DNA of 63,917 nucleotides, filler included, from Octopus bimaculoides (Eukaryota): the NCBI RefSeq assembly GCF_001194135.2. It is 7 parts of 5 records of this genome, joined end to end, with 100 filler letters (N's around TTAATTAATTAA, not from the genome) between each part and the next. Parts side by side here need not be neighbours in the genome. Positions count along the whole stretch, not along the records: positions 1 to 18,882 come from NC_068987.1; positions 18,983 to 34,107 come from NC_068987.1; 5 more parts are not named here. One strand, 5' to 3'. The notes beneath the pieces were generated by a model. It was given only the letters and a program-made list of their open reading frames with translations, had not been told where the DNA came from and ran no database searches. The position numbers were made by a program, and so were the translations under genes. Positions 11,437 to 24,839 of the stretch are shown piece by piece (position 1 is the stretch's first letter; every line of letters starts with the position of its first letter).

Positions 11437-12323
11437 CATACTTATACACACACACACACACACTCCTACACATACTTATACACACACACACACACACTCC
11501 TACACATACTTATACACACACACACACACACTCCTACACATACTTATNNNNNNNNNNNNNNNNNNNNNNNNNNNNNNNNNNNNNNNNNNNNNNNNNNNNN
11601 NNNNNNNNNNNNNNNNNNNNNNNNNNNNNNNNNNNNNNNNNNNNNNNNNNNNNNNNNNNNNNNNNNNNNNNNNNNNNNNNNNNNNNNNNNNNNNNNNNNN
11701 NNNNNNNNNNNNNNNNNNNNNNNNNNNNNNNNNNNNNNNNNNNNNNNNNNNNNNNNNNNNNNNNNNNNNNNNNNNNNNNNNNNNNNNNNNNNNNNNNNNN
11801 NNNNNNNNNNNNNNNNNNNNNNNNNNNNNNNNNNNNNNNNNNNNNNNNNNNNNNNNNNNNNNNNNNNNNNNNNNNNNNNNNNNNNNNNNNNNNNNNNNNN
11901 NNNNNNNNNNNNNNNNNNNNNNNNNNNNNNNNNNNNNNNNNNNNNNNNNNNNNNNNNNNNNNNNNNNNNNNNNNNNNNNNNNNNNNNNNNNNNNNNNNNN
12001 NNNNNNNNNNNNNNNNNNNNNNNNNNNNNNNNNNNNNNNNNNNNNNNNNNNNNNNNNNNNNNNNNNNNNNNNNNNNNNNNNNNNNNNNNNNNNNNNNNNN
12101 NNNNNNNNNNNNNNNNNNNNNNNNNNNNNNNNNNNNNNNNNNNNNNNNNNNNNNNNNNNNNNNNNNNNNNNNNNNNNNNNNNNNNNNNNNNNNNNNNNNN
12201 NNNNNNNNNNNNNNNNNNNNNNNNNNNNNNNNNNNNNNNNNNNNNNNGCATACTTATACACACACACACACACACTCCTACACATACTTATACACACACA
12301 CACACACACTCCTACACATACTT

Positions 12324-12325
<2 letters not shown>
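11437..12325. repeat. 34-bp minisatellite (catacttata-(ca)8-ctcctaca-like unit) on both sides of a gap
   Basis: Units start at 11437, 11471, 11505 and 11539 (period 34) and resume at about 12249. Confidence 0.9.
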
Positions 12326-12354
<29 letters not shown>

Positions 12355-12356
12355 AA

Positions 12357-12530
12357 GGTGCAGGCGTGGTTGCGTGTAAAGAAATTTGCTTCCCAACCAC
12401 ATGGTTCCGGTTTCAGTCCTACTGCATGATACTTTGAGTAAGTGTCTTCTACTATAGACCCAGGGCGACAAAAAAAACCTTGTGAGTAAATGTGATAGAT
12501 GGAAACTGTATGGAAGCCCGTCGTACATAG
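12357..12530 (+). mobile_element. SINE family B, 5' half
   Basis: ggtgcaggcgtggttgcgtg...ccaaccacatggttccggtttcagtcc...agtgtcttctactatag...ggaagcccgtcgta. Confidence 0.85.
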
Positions 12531-12964
12531 ACGCGCGCGCACATATACATATAAACATGACTCAAATATCTTTAATAATTTATAACATGAAATTAAATTA
12601 CTTAATAAAGAATTTAATAATCCCCACTAAAAAATTAGCATTTCTACCCATCAGAAAACCTTTTCTGACCGTTTATCTCCTACACATGCTCCGGTCAAAA
12701 AGAAAAGCCGGAATCAACTTGAATGCAGTGAAAGCACCGGAAGTGCACGAATGTGTATGTAAAATGGACATTTGAAGACAAACAGATTTACTTACTTGTT
12801 AATTCCATGTCTTCATACAGTGGGATGAAATACAAACGAAAAATGAAAACTTTCATATTAAAAGTATTTGTGGAAGAGCTTTGTTTTTAGTGTTTATATT
12901 TTCATCGTTTCAATTATTTCGATTTCCGAACGTCATCAAGTGTCTTTTTCTGTATAACTATAAA

Positions 12965-13045
12965 AGTGCCACAGTGGATTCGAACTATGAAGATTTATAT
13001 TTATACTGAGGATAGCAATGGCTTTATCCCATTAAACCATTATTA
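12965..13045 (-). pseudogene. tRNA-like remnant or SINE head
   Basis: Reverse complement tggtttaatgggataaagccattg...gttcgaatccactgtggca has A-box-like and B-box motifs. Confidence 0.35.
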
Positions 13046-13978
13046 CGTGAACTGATTTCCAGCTCGTATCCGGTCTAGGACCATGTACCTATGCAAGAAT
13101 ATCAAATCTGATTTCGATCGGATATAAGAAACACAACGTAGATATAAATACATTACACATACCAGTCTGAAATTATATTCTTATTAACAATTCCTCTCAG
13201 ACGTTTTAGACACTTAGAAAACAAATCAGTGATTAGTCATTTTGTGGTTGGTTAGTTTTGATGGTCAGCGAGCTTTTTAATTGTTAGCAGATAAATTTAA
13301 CGTTGCTTAGTGGTTTGATGGTTCAATCGTTAGCTTGAACATGGAGAGATTAAGACTCGCAGTGAGCAGTAAAAAAAGATAGCAAAGACCGAGGCCTAGA
13401 GGTTGATATTGAATGCAGTCGTATCTTTTATGTGATAATCGATATACACCATAGTGTATGTTATAAAAACAAATATTGTTAATTAAGGGACATTCTTGTC
13501 TATAGTTGACTGATTTACTACGACAAATGTAATGTAAACAAACATACATACAAGCGTACGTACACACACACATACATACATACATACATACATACATACA
13601 TACATACATACATACATACATACATACAGGCAGGCAGACAGAATAGTATAATGGCTTCGCATAATACATACAGATACAGACACACAAGCAAGGCGAGCAA
13701 TACCAAATGTATAACAAATACATACTACATAGTACACATAACATACAAACATACAATGCGCACTAGCACACACATACACACGTGTGCGTGTACACACACA
13801 CACACACACACAAATACATTAACCCTTACATAAGTGGCAACAATGCACACAGCAAAAGTACACTAAAGAACATGTACCGTTCATTACAAACAGCACAATT
13901 TCTACTAGTTGATTGCAGTTAATTGTAACCACAGGATATGCACCAAGAAGAAAGATGTAGAACTGATCTCATATATGC

Positions 13979-14009
<31 letters not shown>

Positions 14010-14694
14010 CATACACATACATACATAAAAAGAAATATTAATATGTATATGTATATATGTATACATATATGTGTATATGTATACATATACAAACATACAT
14101 TCATTCATACATATATGTATACATATATCCATATACATTTTAATATTTCTTTTTATGTATAGTTATGTATATACATAAAATATATTAACTGAAGGTTCAT
14201 TTTCTTTAAGAATACATTTATTTTATTTTTATATGGAAACGGTTGACAGTAACTTCAAAGTCAACTAAACAGAAACCTTAAAGTTACCATCAGCCTCTAC
14301 CTTGGGGAATATATATACATATACATATATTCATGTTTGTGTGCGTGCGTGTGTGTTATGTGCTACTATGAGTTTCATGTACTGAGAACATGTCAAATAG
14401 TGTTTTTGACGCGTCTGGTGTCCAAGCATAATCATCAGACACTGCCCACATGGCATAACGAACTGAAGATGGGACGAGCGAGAGAAAAAACAAGAAAAGG
14501 CGAGAAGGGAGTATATACAAAGGGTGAAAGATTGAAAAACAGGAAAACGAAAAGGAAATCAAAACGAAGCAAAAGGTAGAATTAGAGTTAGTTCCCTTAA
14601 ACCGTAAATTATAAGGCTTGGAGTCTATGATACGGTTATTCAATCCGGAGAGGGAGGCACTTTCCAGTTCGTCAAATTCCTGTTGACGAATATA

Positions 14695-14860
14695 TTATGG
14701 TTTCTAATTTGGGTAGAAAGTCAGTAATTTTAGAAGGAGTGGGGTTAGTTGATGCTATTGATCCTAGTACTTGACTGATTACTGTACATAATCGATAGTG
14801 GAACGATGAAAGGCAATGATAACATCCGCGGAATGAATACTGGAAAACGGAGTAAGTAAT
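14695..14860 (-). mobile_element. SINE family A, old diverged copy
   Basis: ggtttctaatttgggtagaaagtcagtaatttt...gatcctagtacttgactg...gatgaaaggcaa parallels 4392-4604. Confidence 0.6.
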
Positions 14861-15957
14861 ATACCCTTTGTCTGTCGTGTTATACAACCAATATATGTGG
14901 TGGGATATGTATGTATGTATGTATGTATGTATATACGTATGTATGCATGTATGTATGCAGTAGTGAAGGATCCGGTTTTTAACGAAAATCCCAGGCTGTC
15001 ATTGAAATTTCAAAAACATTAACAGGGTACTATTACATGCATGTAGGTATATATGCAGTCAGTGCATTGCAGATTTGTATGTATATACACAATCAGTGCA
15101 TGTGCATACTTGCATTTTTGCATGTATGTATTTATGTGCAGTATTTGGAGTCAGTGCATATGCAGATTTGTATGCTTTGTTTCATGTATGTATTCTCATG
15201 CATATAGTTGCATGTCTAGACATGCGCATCTATACATAAGTGATAAACTTCCGAGAAGTCTTACAAATTTGTACAGGGCAAATAATGGCTTAGATCTGTA
15301 GTCTATGTATGTTTGTATGTATGTATGTATGTATGTATGTATGTATGTATGTATTATGTAAGTGTGCGTCTGTGTGTGTATGTATGTATGTATGTATGTA
15401 TGTATAAGTGGAGTGAGATAGAAAAGGAAGAGGGGTGAGTAAGTATGATGTACTATTTACGACTACCACTAAGAGAGAGAAAATCTATTATGTTTTTGGG
15501 ATAAAGCTGCCATTATTGGAATCGTAATGCTCGATACTGCGCAATGATCAGTGATTCCGAACTGATTTGGTAATCTGCAGTATCCTCACCTCGGTTTACT
15601 TGCGCATATGTATATGTCAATGTATGTATATATGCGTGTATGTGTACAGGTGAGAGGGAGAGAGTCTGTATGTGTATATGTGCGCATGTGCGTTGATGAA
15701 GGCACATATATATTTGCATACCAAGGACCGATTCATATGTGCGCACGCACACAAACACTCACACACACTTTCGTCGTATGTAGCTTTGCTTTCACCTTTT
15801 CTCCGCTACCACAAAGCTGATTTTTTTTTTTTTTTGTCTTAACCCTTCGACCTGCTACGAATTGAAAGCTTTGCTAGTTCGAATCTTTACCATTCTTTTC
15901 TTTCTCATTCTATCTCTCCCTTTCTGTCTATTATTCTTTGTTTCTCTTCCTCCCTCC

Positions 15958-15962
15958 CTCTC

Positions 15963-16036
<74 letters not shown>
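15958..16036. repeat. (CT)n microsatellite
   Basis: Seen directly. Confidence 0.97.
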
Positions 16037-16040
<4 letters not shown>

Positions 16041-17215
16041 ACTATCTATTCCTGTTTAACATAAGACTTCGTTAATGTAGATCTACTGCCGATAATGTTG
16101 CTCACGCGTCAGCGAGAAATTAACACACCAAGTGATTTTAATTAAATTAAAGAGTAAGTCAAGTTTTGTAAGTTTTGTAAGACGGAATTCAAATTTCGGT
16201 CACGACAATTTGCTATAAAGAATGTTTCAATCGCAACTGCTAACCAGGAATTCCTATAAACACATATTCTGACATGGTTAACAAATTTGGTCTTTTGCTT
16301 GAAAATCCTACTTTTCCACATTGTCACTACTAAACATTAAATATTCACANNNNNNNNNNNNNNNNNNNNNNNNNNNNNNNNNNNNNNNNNNNNNNNNNNN
16401 NNNNNNNNNNNNNNNNNNNNNNNNNNNNNNNNNNNNNNNNNNNNNNNNNNNNNNNNNNNNNNNNNNNNNNNNNNNNNNNNNNNNNNNNNNNNNNNNNNNN
16501 NNNNNNNNNNNNNNNNNNNNNNNNNNNNNNNNNNNNNNNNNNNNNNNNNNNNNNNNNNNNNNNNNNNNNNNNNNNNNNNNNNNNNNNNNNNNNNNNNNNN
16601 NNNNNNNNNNNNNNNNNNNNNNNNNNNNNNNNNNNNNNNNNNNNNNNNNNNNNNNNNNNNNNNNNNNNNNNNNNNNNNNNNNNNNNNNNNNNNNNNNNNN
16701 NNNNNNNNNNNNNNNNNNNNNNNNNNNNNNNNNNNNNNNNNNNNNNNNNNNNNNNNNNNNNNNNNNNNNNNNNNNNNNNNNNNNNNNNNNNNNNNNNNNN
16801 NNNNNNNNNNNNNNNNNNNNNNNNNNNNNNNNNNNNNNNNNNNNNNNNNNNNNNNNNNNNNNNNNNNNNNNNNNNNNNNNNNNNNNNNNNNNNNNNNNNN
16901 NNNNNNNNNNNNNNNNNNNNNNNNNNNNNNNNNNNNNNNNNNNNNNNNNNNNNNNNNNNNNNNNNNNNNNNNNNNNNNNNNNNNNNNNNNNNNNNNNNNN
17001 NNNNNNNNNNNNNNNNNNNNNNNNNNNNNNNNNNNNNNNNNNNNNNNNNNNNNNNNNNNNNNNNNNNNNNNNNNNNNNNNNNNNNNNNNNNNNNNNNNNN
17101 NNNNNNNNNNNNNNNNNNNNNNNNNNNNNNNNNNNNNNNNNNNNNNNNNNNNNNNNNNNNNNNNNNNNNNNNNNNNNNNNNNNNNNNNNNNNNNNNNNNN
17201 NNNNNNNNNNNNNNN

Positions 17216-17284
<69 letters not shown>

Positions 17285-17841
17285 GGATATGTATTTATAT
17301 ATGTATGTATTGTCTATGGTCATATGATAGCGGATGAAGCTGTATTTAGTATCTGATAATCAATTCTCATTAATTTGTGCGTGATAAACAACATCATTAA
17401 TTAAGCAATACCTGTCCCCAGTGAACTAATTTACCGTATCAAATATACTGTAAACACGCACGTATACATACCACACTACGCACAACTATATTCGTACATT
17501 TATGCAACAATATACATACACAACAGATGAAAATATCTAGAATGTCCTACATAATACAAATATACATATATAGTAACACACAGCGTAAACATACAAACGT
17601 ATAACAACAGATAGATAGAATGCACAAATATACAAAATACATTCAGATATGTCAAATGACAGAATATAGTACATTCAAGCTGTTTTGCTTGATACAATTA
17701 TTGTAGATAGATATACAATCGGTAACTCTAGTACGTAAAACAGCGAGGATACCTCTCTATGCAGACATTTGACCTACAAGAAATAGCAAACAAATTCCTT
17801 CAAATCATTGCTGAATATCTTTTTAAAAAATGAAGGATAAA

Positions 17842-18058
17842 TATTCTTTTCTACTCTAGGCACAAGGCCCGAGATTAGGCGGTGAGGGTCAGTCGATTAG
17901 ATCGACCTCAGTACGCAACTGGTACTTAATTTATCGACGTCGAAAAGATGAATGGCAAAGTCGACCTCGGCGAAATTTGAACTCACAACGTAAAAACAGA
18001 CGAAATACCGTTAAGAATTTCGCCCGGCGTGCTAACGTTCCTTCCAGCTCGCCGCCTT
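17842..18058 (-). mobile_element. SINE family A (first of a tandem pair)
   Basis: Reverse complement aaggcggcgagctggaaggaacgttagcacgccgggcgaaa...gagttcaaatttcgccgaggtcgactttgccattcatc...gtcgataaattaagtaccagttgcgtactgaggtcga. Confidence 0.9.
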
Positions 18059-18082
18059 GTGGTGGAACACTGCAGAAAAGAT

Positions 18083-18288
18083 TATTCTTTTCTACCTTAG
18101 GAACAACGCCCGAAATTTTTGGGGAGGGGGCCAGCCGATTAGATCGACCCCAGTACGCAACTGCTACATAATTTATCGACTCCGAAAGGATGGACCTCGG
18201 CAGGATTTGAACACACAACGTAAAGACAGACGAAATACCGCAAAGCATTTCGCCCGGTGTGCTATAGTTTATGCCAGCTTGTCGCTTT
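18083..18288 (-). mobile_element. SINE family A (second of a tandem pair)
   Basis: Same organisation as 17842-18058 with a short deletion in the core. Confidence 0.9.
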
Positions 18289-18844
18289 ATTGAAGAACGC
18301 ATATTGTATAATGTAGTCCAAGAACTTCTGAATCGGGTCAAACTCAGTTACATTACGTGACACTGTGTTCTTTGTATATAGGACAAAGGTAGAATTATCA
18401 CATGAGGTGGAATCTCTTTGATCATAGGTAGATGTTTTGTCTCACGCAAAAACTGAAGAAGCCACTTAAAGGTTTTGCAATCACTTCTGAGCCCGTCGCA
18501 ATGTTGGAGACCATTCCCTGTCATCATCGGGTGCCTCAGAGATACAAGTGTTTCACCGTTTAGCCTATACGCTTTACCTCAGTTGGGCAACGTGGGCTGA
18601 ATAAAGCTTCGCTTGCAGAAGGTTGCATTCGTCGGCTCTTGTCAATCAAAGCCATCCTCAGCTGTTTTCAGTTGCCGTGCCTATTTTCCAAGTTCCAGGC
18701 CAATCTTTTGCGGGAAATAGAGTAGCAATCGTTTGTTTATACATTTTTTCATATATATATCATACAAAATGGAACAAGAACGCAAAATATCCAGACAGTT
18801 AGATGATACAAGAAAGGGACAACAAAACATCCAGATATATATAC

Positions 18845-18882
<38 letters not shown>

Positions 18883-19002
18883 NNNNNNNNNNNNNNNNNN
18901 NNNNNNNNNNNNNNNNNNNNNNNNNNTTAATTAATTAANNNNNNNNNNNNNNNNNNNNNNNNNNNNNNNNNNNNNNNNNNNNGTATACGCATATATAAAT
19001 AA

Positions 19003-19047
<45 letters not shown>

Positions 19048-20171
19048 TGTATTATTTAGTTTCACAATATATATGTGAGTGTGTGTGTGTGTATAAATCT
19101 TGTGGCCAAAATGAGAGGAAGTGAGATAGATAGATATATAGGGAGAGAGAAGGGGAGAGAGAGAGAGAGAAGAGAGAGAGAAACAGAGAGCGAGGTAGAA
19201 ACGGTGAAAAAGTGAACGAGAGAATCCGAGACAGACTGACAGAGAGATAGAAAAAAAGCCTGAGAAGCAACTCAAGAATCTAAGGAGATTCTGCTTCCAG
19301 AATGTGAGAAATGAAGTATATCCTAAATACCAGAATTTATGAAGTCAATGTAACATACCAAGTTTATGATTACATTTATTACTGCCGCTTATGTTGAACT
19401 AAATTTCTCTTGACTTTATTCGAGTAGGGTGTTATGTTAGTGAGACCTATCAAATTTATGTCAATAAATTATCAATTTTCATAACTTGTTTTTGAATTTT
19501 GTATAATTAAATGTCATTGTAATTTCTGTTTATTTTTGGTAGAGTTTTAAATATATTGCGAGAGATATATTTGCATTAGCTATAAATAAAGGACTGAGCA
19601 TATAATGCCTGTAACACACAGAGACACACACACATATACATACATATATACATACATGCATGTATAATACAATGTAATATAAAATAATAAAATATGATAT
19701 ATATGTATGTATGTAGGTATGTATATATGTATGTATATATATATATATATATATATATACATACATATATATATATATATANNNNNNNNNNNNNNNNNNN
19801 NNNNNNNNNNNNNNNNNNNNNNNNNNNNNNNNNNNNNNNNNNNNNNNNNNNNNNNNNNNNNNNNNNNNNNNNNNNNNNNNNNNNNNNNNNNNNNNNNNNN
19901 NNNNNNNNNNNNNNNNNNNNNNNNNNNNNNNNNNNNNNNNNNNNNNNNNNNNNNNNNNNNNNNNNNNNNNNNNNNNNNNNNNNNNNNNNNNNNNNNNNNN
20001 NNNNNNNNNNNNNNNNNNNNNNNNNNNNNNNNNNNNNNNNNNNNNNNNNNNNNNNNNNNNNNNNNNNNNNNNNNNNNNNNNNNNNNNNNNNNNNNNNNNN
20101 NNNNNNNNNNNNNNNNNNNNNNNNNNNNNNNNNNNNNNNNNNNNNNNNNNNNNNNNNNNNNNNNNNNNNNN

Positions 20172-20202
<31 letters not shown>

Positions 20203-20235
20203 ATATATACATATATACATATATATATATATGTG

Positions 20236-20300
<65 letters not shown>

Positions 20301-20714
20301 GTGTGTGTGTGTGTGCACTCGCGCGTGTGTGTGAGTCCGTGTCTGTGTTTGTGTGGTATATATGTATGCATGTATGTACATATATATATTTGCATAACTA
20401 CAGGTTTTATTACAATATACAAGAAAAGATATCTACCTAATTGATTTATGGAATCTGTTAAACGCTGGGTCTTTTGGAAACATGTTTGTGTTGCAAGTTT
20501 ACTTTTGAAAGTTACATGAAACCGTATCGGGACGCATTTCTCCAGAAACTCATACATATGAAATTTCAAAAGAGTCGAAAGTTAGCATCATGTTTAGGCT
20601 GCTCTTTGAATACTCACTTTGTTCTGAAACATGTTTTCTGCTCGTGCTGTTTTCATTGGAATATCTTCACAGTCTACATTTGGTTGTTGGTTTTGCTGGT
20701 ATATTCTTTTCTAT

Positions 20715-21250
20715 CCTCTTTATTTTTACTTGGTTCAGTCTTTGGACTGTGTCCATGTTAGGACAATGCTTTCAAGGGTTTAGTCGAACAAATCGATCCG
20801 TATACTTACTTATAGATTCTGGTACTTATTCTATCGACATTACTTACCGAACCTCTGTGTTGTGGAGACGTGATCAAACCCACGCCACTTGTCAAACCGC
20901 GGAAGTGAGATAAACACAAACACTAAAACACACATACATACATCCACACAAAATCCCCACGCGCGCGCGCACATACACAGAAACACACAGGCAAATAAAC
21001 ACACACAGACACACACAAAAGACACACACGCAAACACACACCTATATACAAATGACGGGTTTCTACACAGTTTCCTTCTATCGAATTCACTCAGGAAGCA
21101 TTCATTCGACTCGAGGCTATATTAGAAGGCATTTATCTAATCATCTGAAAATATTCGTCATAGAACCATGTGTAAGTGGAAAGCACTGTTCTGGACCAGG
21201 CTTCGAAACCTGCGGCATCAGATTGAAGTGTAAGTTTTTGCTATACAGGA
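20715..21250 (-). mobile_element. SINE family B, diverged, with expanded internal CA tract
   Basis: ggtacttattctatcg, atgacgggtttctacacagtttcc and ggctatattagaaggcattt match family B in reverse orientation. Confidence 0.75.
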
Positions 21251-21379
21251 GCAATATATTACCAGCACATATTTGATGTCTATACGAGACACAAAGTTAG
21301 TTTGTTTTATAGTTTGTTTTATGGCAGATATGATCCACAGAATTATTAACTGGTTCAAAGCATAATGGAAATTATGGCA

Positions 21380-21860
21380 CTATATTATTATTAAGGAACT
21401 TTATAATGGATGGTAGGATAATCCAGCCATTGGATATATAATAATGGTCAGAGTTATGGGAGAATTACATACCATAAATATATAGCATTCTGGTAGATTG
21501 TACAGATCTAAACATCCATAAAAGGCAAGCATAAAACATCGATCGGGCCATTATTTTTCTGGGATAAGAAGCAAAGAAATGCTCGGTAGAGGAAGTTAAT
21601 TGTCAATTAGACATAAACATCACGTGGAAAATATAACCAAAAAGTGAATGGCTATGAAGAATTGAAGAGAAACCAGTAATTTCTGAACCCATCCAATGGG
21701 TTCAACTAATTACCGAGAAACGTTGAAATGTTCAGTTATATGACAGACAGTATCAACTGTAGTCTTGAATATTTAGGTTTCACAAACATAGAGAAGATCA
21801 ATATGAAAGTAAACTGCAAATTTAATCTATCAGCTGAAATGCTAAAATGCTGAAACCACT
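21380..21860 (+). mobile_element. Heavily decayed RLE LINE 3' fragment (GTVKICKTF type)
   Basis: Frame-shifted pieces FWDKKQR, CSVEEVNCQLDINITWK, KVNGYEEL, SLEYLGFTNIE and KLQI*SIS parallel the 5056-5392 element. Confidence 0.6.
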
Positions 21861-22799
21861 CCATATAATATCAACCTGTCTTAAATTGTTATTTCTTAAC
21901 CAGAAAGGAGTTTGTCACTCAGTGACTGACCCCNNNNNNNNNNGTCTTATTAAAGTAAATGGAAATAGATACGAAAGACATATAAGAGGGCACCAACTTC
22001 CCAACTTTGTATTCATCAATAACAAACATTTATAGAAGCAGAGCTATAACTTAGTGATTCACTCAGCTGTCGATATTCCTCAAAATTATGTCACTTTCGT
22101 TGCACAGCAATATCAATTTTATCAACCAAGAAACATTTCTCATCCAAAGATTTCTAAACAATTGAATCATTTATCGTTACATTAGACATAAAGTGTATTA
22201 TTAGAGCTGACTGATTGCTCTGTCCTATTCCCATCGATTTCTTTTCATACATTTCACATTGATTATCGATATATTCCTGTTTGAGTTTCTTATAAATATT
22301 ACAGTCTTTAGAAAGGAAAACAGAAAGAGAGATACAACAAAGGTGTGTGTGTGCGTGTATATATTTGCCTATATAAATATAAATATCAGTACAAAAATAC
22401 GTGTTCAAACAGACACATGGGCATACACACATACACACATACACACGCATACACGCACGCACACACATACACACACGCGCGCGCACAAACACACACATCC
22501 AGCAACAAACACACAGAGACACAAAGAAGGTCTTGTGTTGTTGGCGTCTTTGAAGTTTTGACAATTCTGTATTTAAAATGTTTTATATTACTGTATCTAG
22601 GTAATGCTAACATTTCGGAGGCCGATCGATATAGCTTCCAACGAAAAACTCTCGGCTTGGATAAGCGCGCGCGCAACGCACACTTGTATACACACACACA
22701 CACACACACGCACACACACACATATATAATGTTTACAGAGCTACATAGATAAATATATGTACAAATGCAACTCTTCACATACATGTATATGTATATAAA

Positions 22800-22858
<59 letters not shown>

Positions 22859-23589
22859 AGGTACATATACACATACACACTATACATATACAAATCTAAT
22901 ATTACATTTCCATTCGTGTTTTTCAATGTTAGGGGCAACATGGACAAATTACGTTATGTCTCTGGTAGCAGCAAGTTTAGTCGCTGTAATCATGTTACCA
23001 TATAGAATTGGTGAAACGCTTTACTGGAATGGCAACAATGTTTTTTTTTCTTTTTCGTTTTTATTCAACAAACGCCCACAAACTCAAACTACCTCCCCGC
23101 CACTCACAAAAGAACAAATATATGTATGTATATGCATGTGTGCGTAGGGATCGAGTGTAAAAGAGAGATATGAGGGTAGGAATTTTAGATTTATTTAAGA
23201 ATGTTTGGACCTATATAAGTTTAAAGACTCAACTGATCTGATTTCATAATGGAGATGAAAATGTTTTAGTATATATGTCTCTGTGTGTATGTGTGTGTAA
23301 CTCTGTGTGTGTGTGGCTATGTAATTTTTTTGTTTCCATCTCTCTCAACAATTGTTTTTATACGCAATGTAACGGAATGGAAAATATACTCTCAATATCA
23401 GACATCTCTGATTTATTTATATTGCGTATCCTCATACATCAATATCTGTCCCTTTATTTCATACAATCTAAATGGCCACCTTAACTTTGTTATTTATAAC
23501 AAGACTTCATCCAATTTATTGTCTTGTTATTTCTCTCCTCCTCCACCTAACTTTATCCACAGTATCTTCTCTAGATTAAGAAGGTGATT

Positions 23590-23940
23590 TAGCAGAATCA
23601 TTAAAGCATCGAACGAGTTGCAGTATTTATTCCAATTTCTTATGAACTGAGTTCAAACCTACCGAAATCGAATTTCTGTATGAAATAAAGTATTACATTA
23701 AGGTAGTGGAGTAGCGATATTGCTAAAGCAACATCAATATATCTGGAAAGTTTTTGAACAAAATACTTTGCAGGAGTTCTCATGGCTCCTTACATAATTA
23801 GTTCAAATACCACAGAGGAAAATTTACCATTCATTCTTCCGGAGGTCGATAAAATAATGTACTTATATAGCATGGTGAATTGATAGAATTGTTACAGCGT
23901 TAGTCAAGCCGGTTTGTCATATTTATTCCGGCATTTCATA
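23590..23940 (+). mobile_element. Cluster of old SINE family A remnants
   Basis: gagttcaaacctaccgaaatcg, and agttcaaataccacagagg...cattcattcttccggaggtcgataaaataatgtac. Confidence 0.55.
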
Positions 23941-23942
23941 TT

Positions 23943-24112
23943 GGTTCCAAATTTTGGCATAAGTTCAGCGATGTCGATCGACTGGTATTTATTTAATTGA
24001 CCCCGAACGGATGAAAGGCAAAGTCAACCTGGGTGGAATTTGAACTCAGAATGTAAAGACGGACGGAATGTCACTAAGCATTTCACCTGGCGTCTTAATG
24101 ATTCTGCCAGCT
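23943..24112 (-). mobile_element. SINE family A
   Basis: gaccccgaacggatgaaaggcaaagtcaacctgggtggaatttgaactcagaatgtaaagacggacggaatgtcactaagcatttcacctggcg. Confidence 0.85.
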
Positions 24113-24425
24113 TTCCAGAAGCTTATCATTTAAATATATATGAGCACGTCTAGATATGCAAATATGTGTATGAGAATACATACACAAAGCAAAACATACA
24201 AATCTGCACATATCAATACATACATACATACATACATACATACATACGAGGTTCCTTTTGAAAGGTCAGCTGAGGAGACACATCCGCACGGAAGGATACA
24301 ACACAACCAGTTATCCAGAATTTCACCCACGAGTGACCGATGAACGATCGGTCGGAATGTTCGTTGTGATTAATAAGCTATCTCGTGAATTCAATTTTCT
24401 CTTTCTCTTATTTGTTATATATATA

Positions 24426-24552
24426 CAGGGTGTCCACAAAGTCAGGGTACATGGGGATTAACACATACTTTAAGAAATTATTATTTCTTATATTTAATTG
24501 TTTATGTTATGATTTTATTTACTCCATGTACCCAGACTTTGTGGACACCCTG
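24426..24552. mobile_element. Tc1/mariner-type MITE, 127 bp
   Basis: 29-bp TIRs cagggtgtccacaaagtc(a/t)gggtacatgg with one mismatch, TA on both sides, AT-rich interior. Confidence 0.9.
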
Positions 24553-24602
24553 TATATCTGCGATAAGAAACATGTCACCACGTACACACATATATATATG
24601 TG

Positions 24603-24677
<75 letters not shown>

Positions 24678-24839
24678 GCGTGCGTGTGTGTTGAAATGAA
24701 TATTCAAAATGAAGCACATTTCTAGTTCGGTATAATCCGCACACCTAAAGAATATTATTTGAATTTTGAATATCAAGACTCCGTGTATATTTTCGTCCTT
24801 GTTTTCGCTTGCTTTCTTCTAAGGAATCAAGTGCTCTTA

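Noticed and set aside
11437-12325. Regular 34-bp repeats resembling a CRISPR array
   Set aside because: Units are contiguous with no unique spacers, the context is eukaryotic and there are no cas genes.
18927-18938. Palindromic ttaattaattaa islands inside N runs (also at about 34152, 36786, 39555, 55657 and 62638)
   Set aside because: Identical 12-mer with stops in all six frames, always embedded in about 100-bp gaps: an assembly spacer, not biology.
24246-24390. Possible mariner MITE starting tacgagg
   Set aside because: The two ends are not convincingly complementary beyond a few bases.
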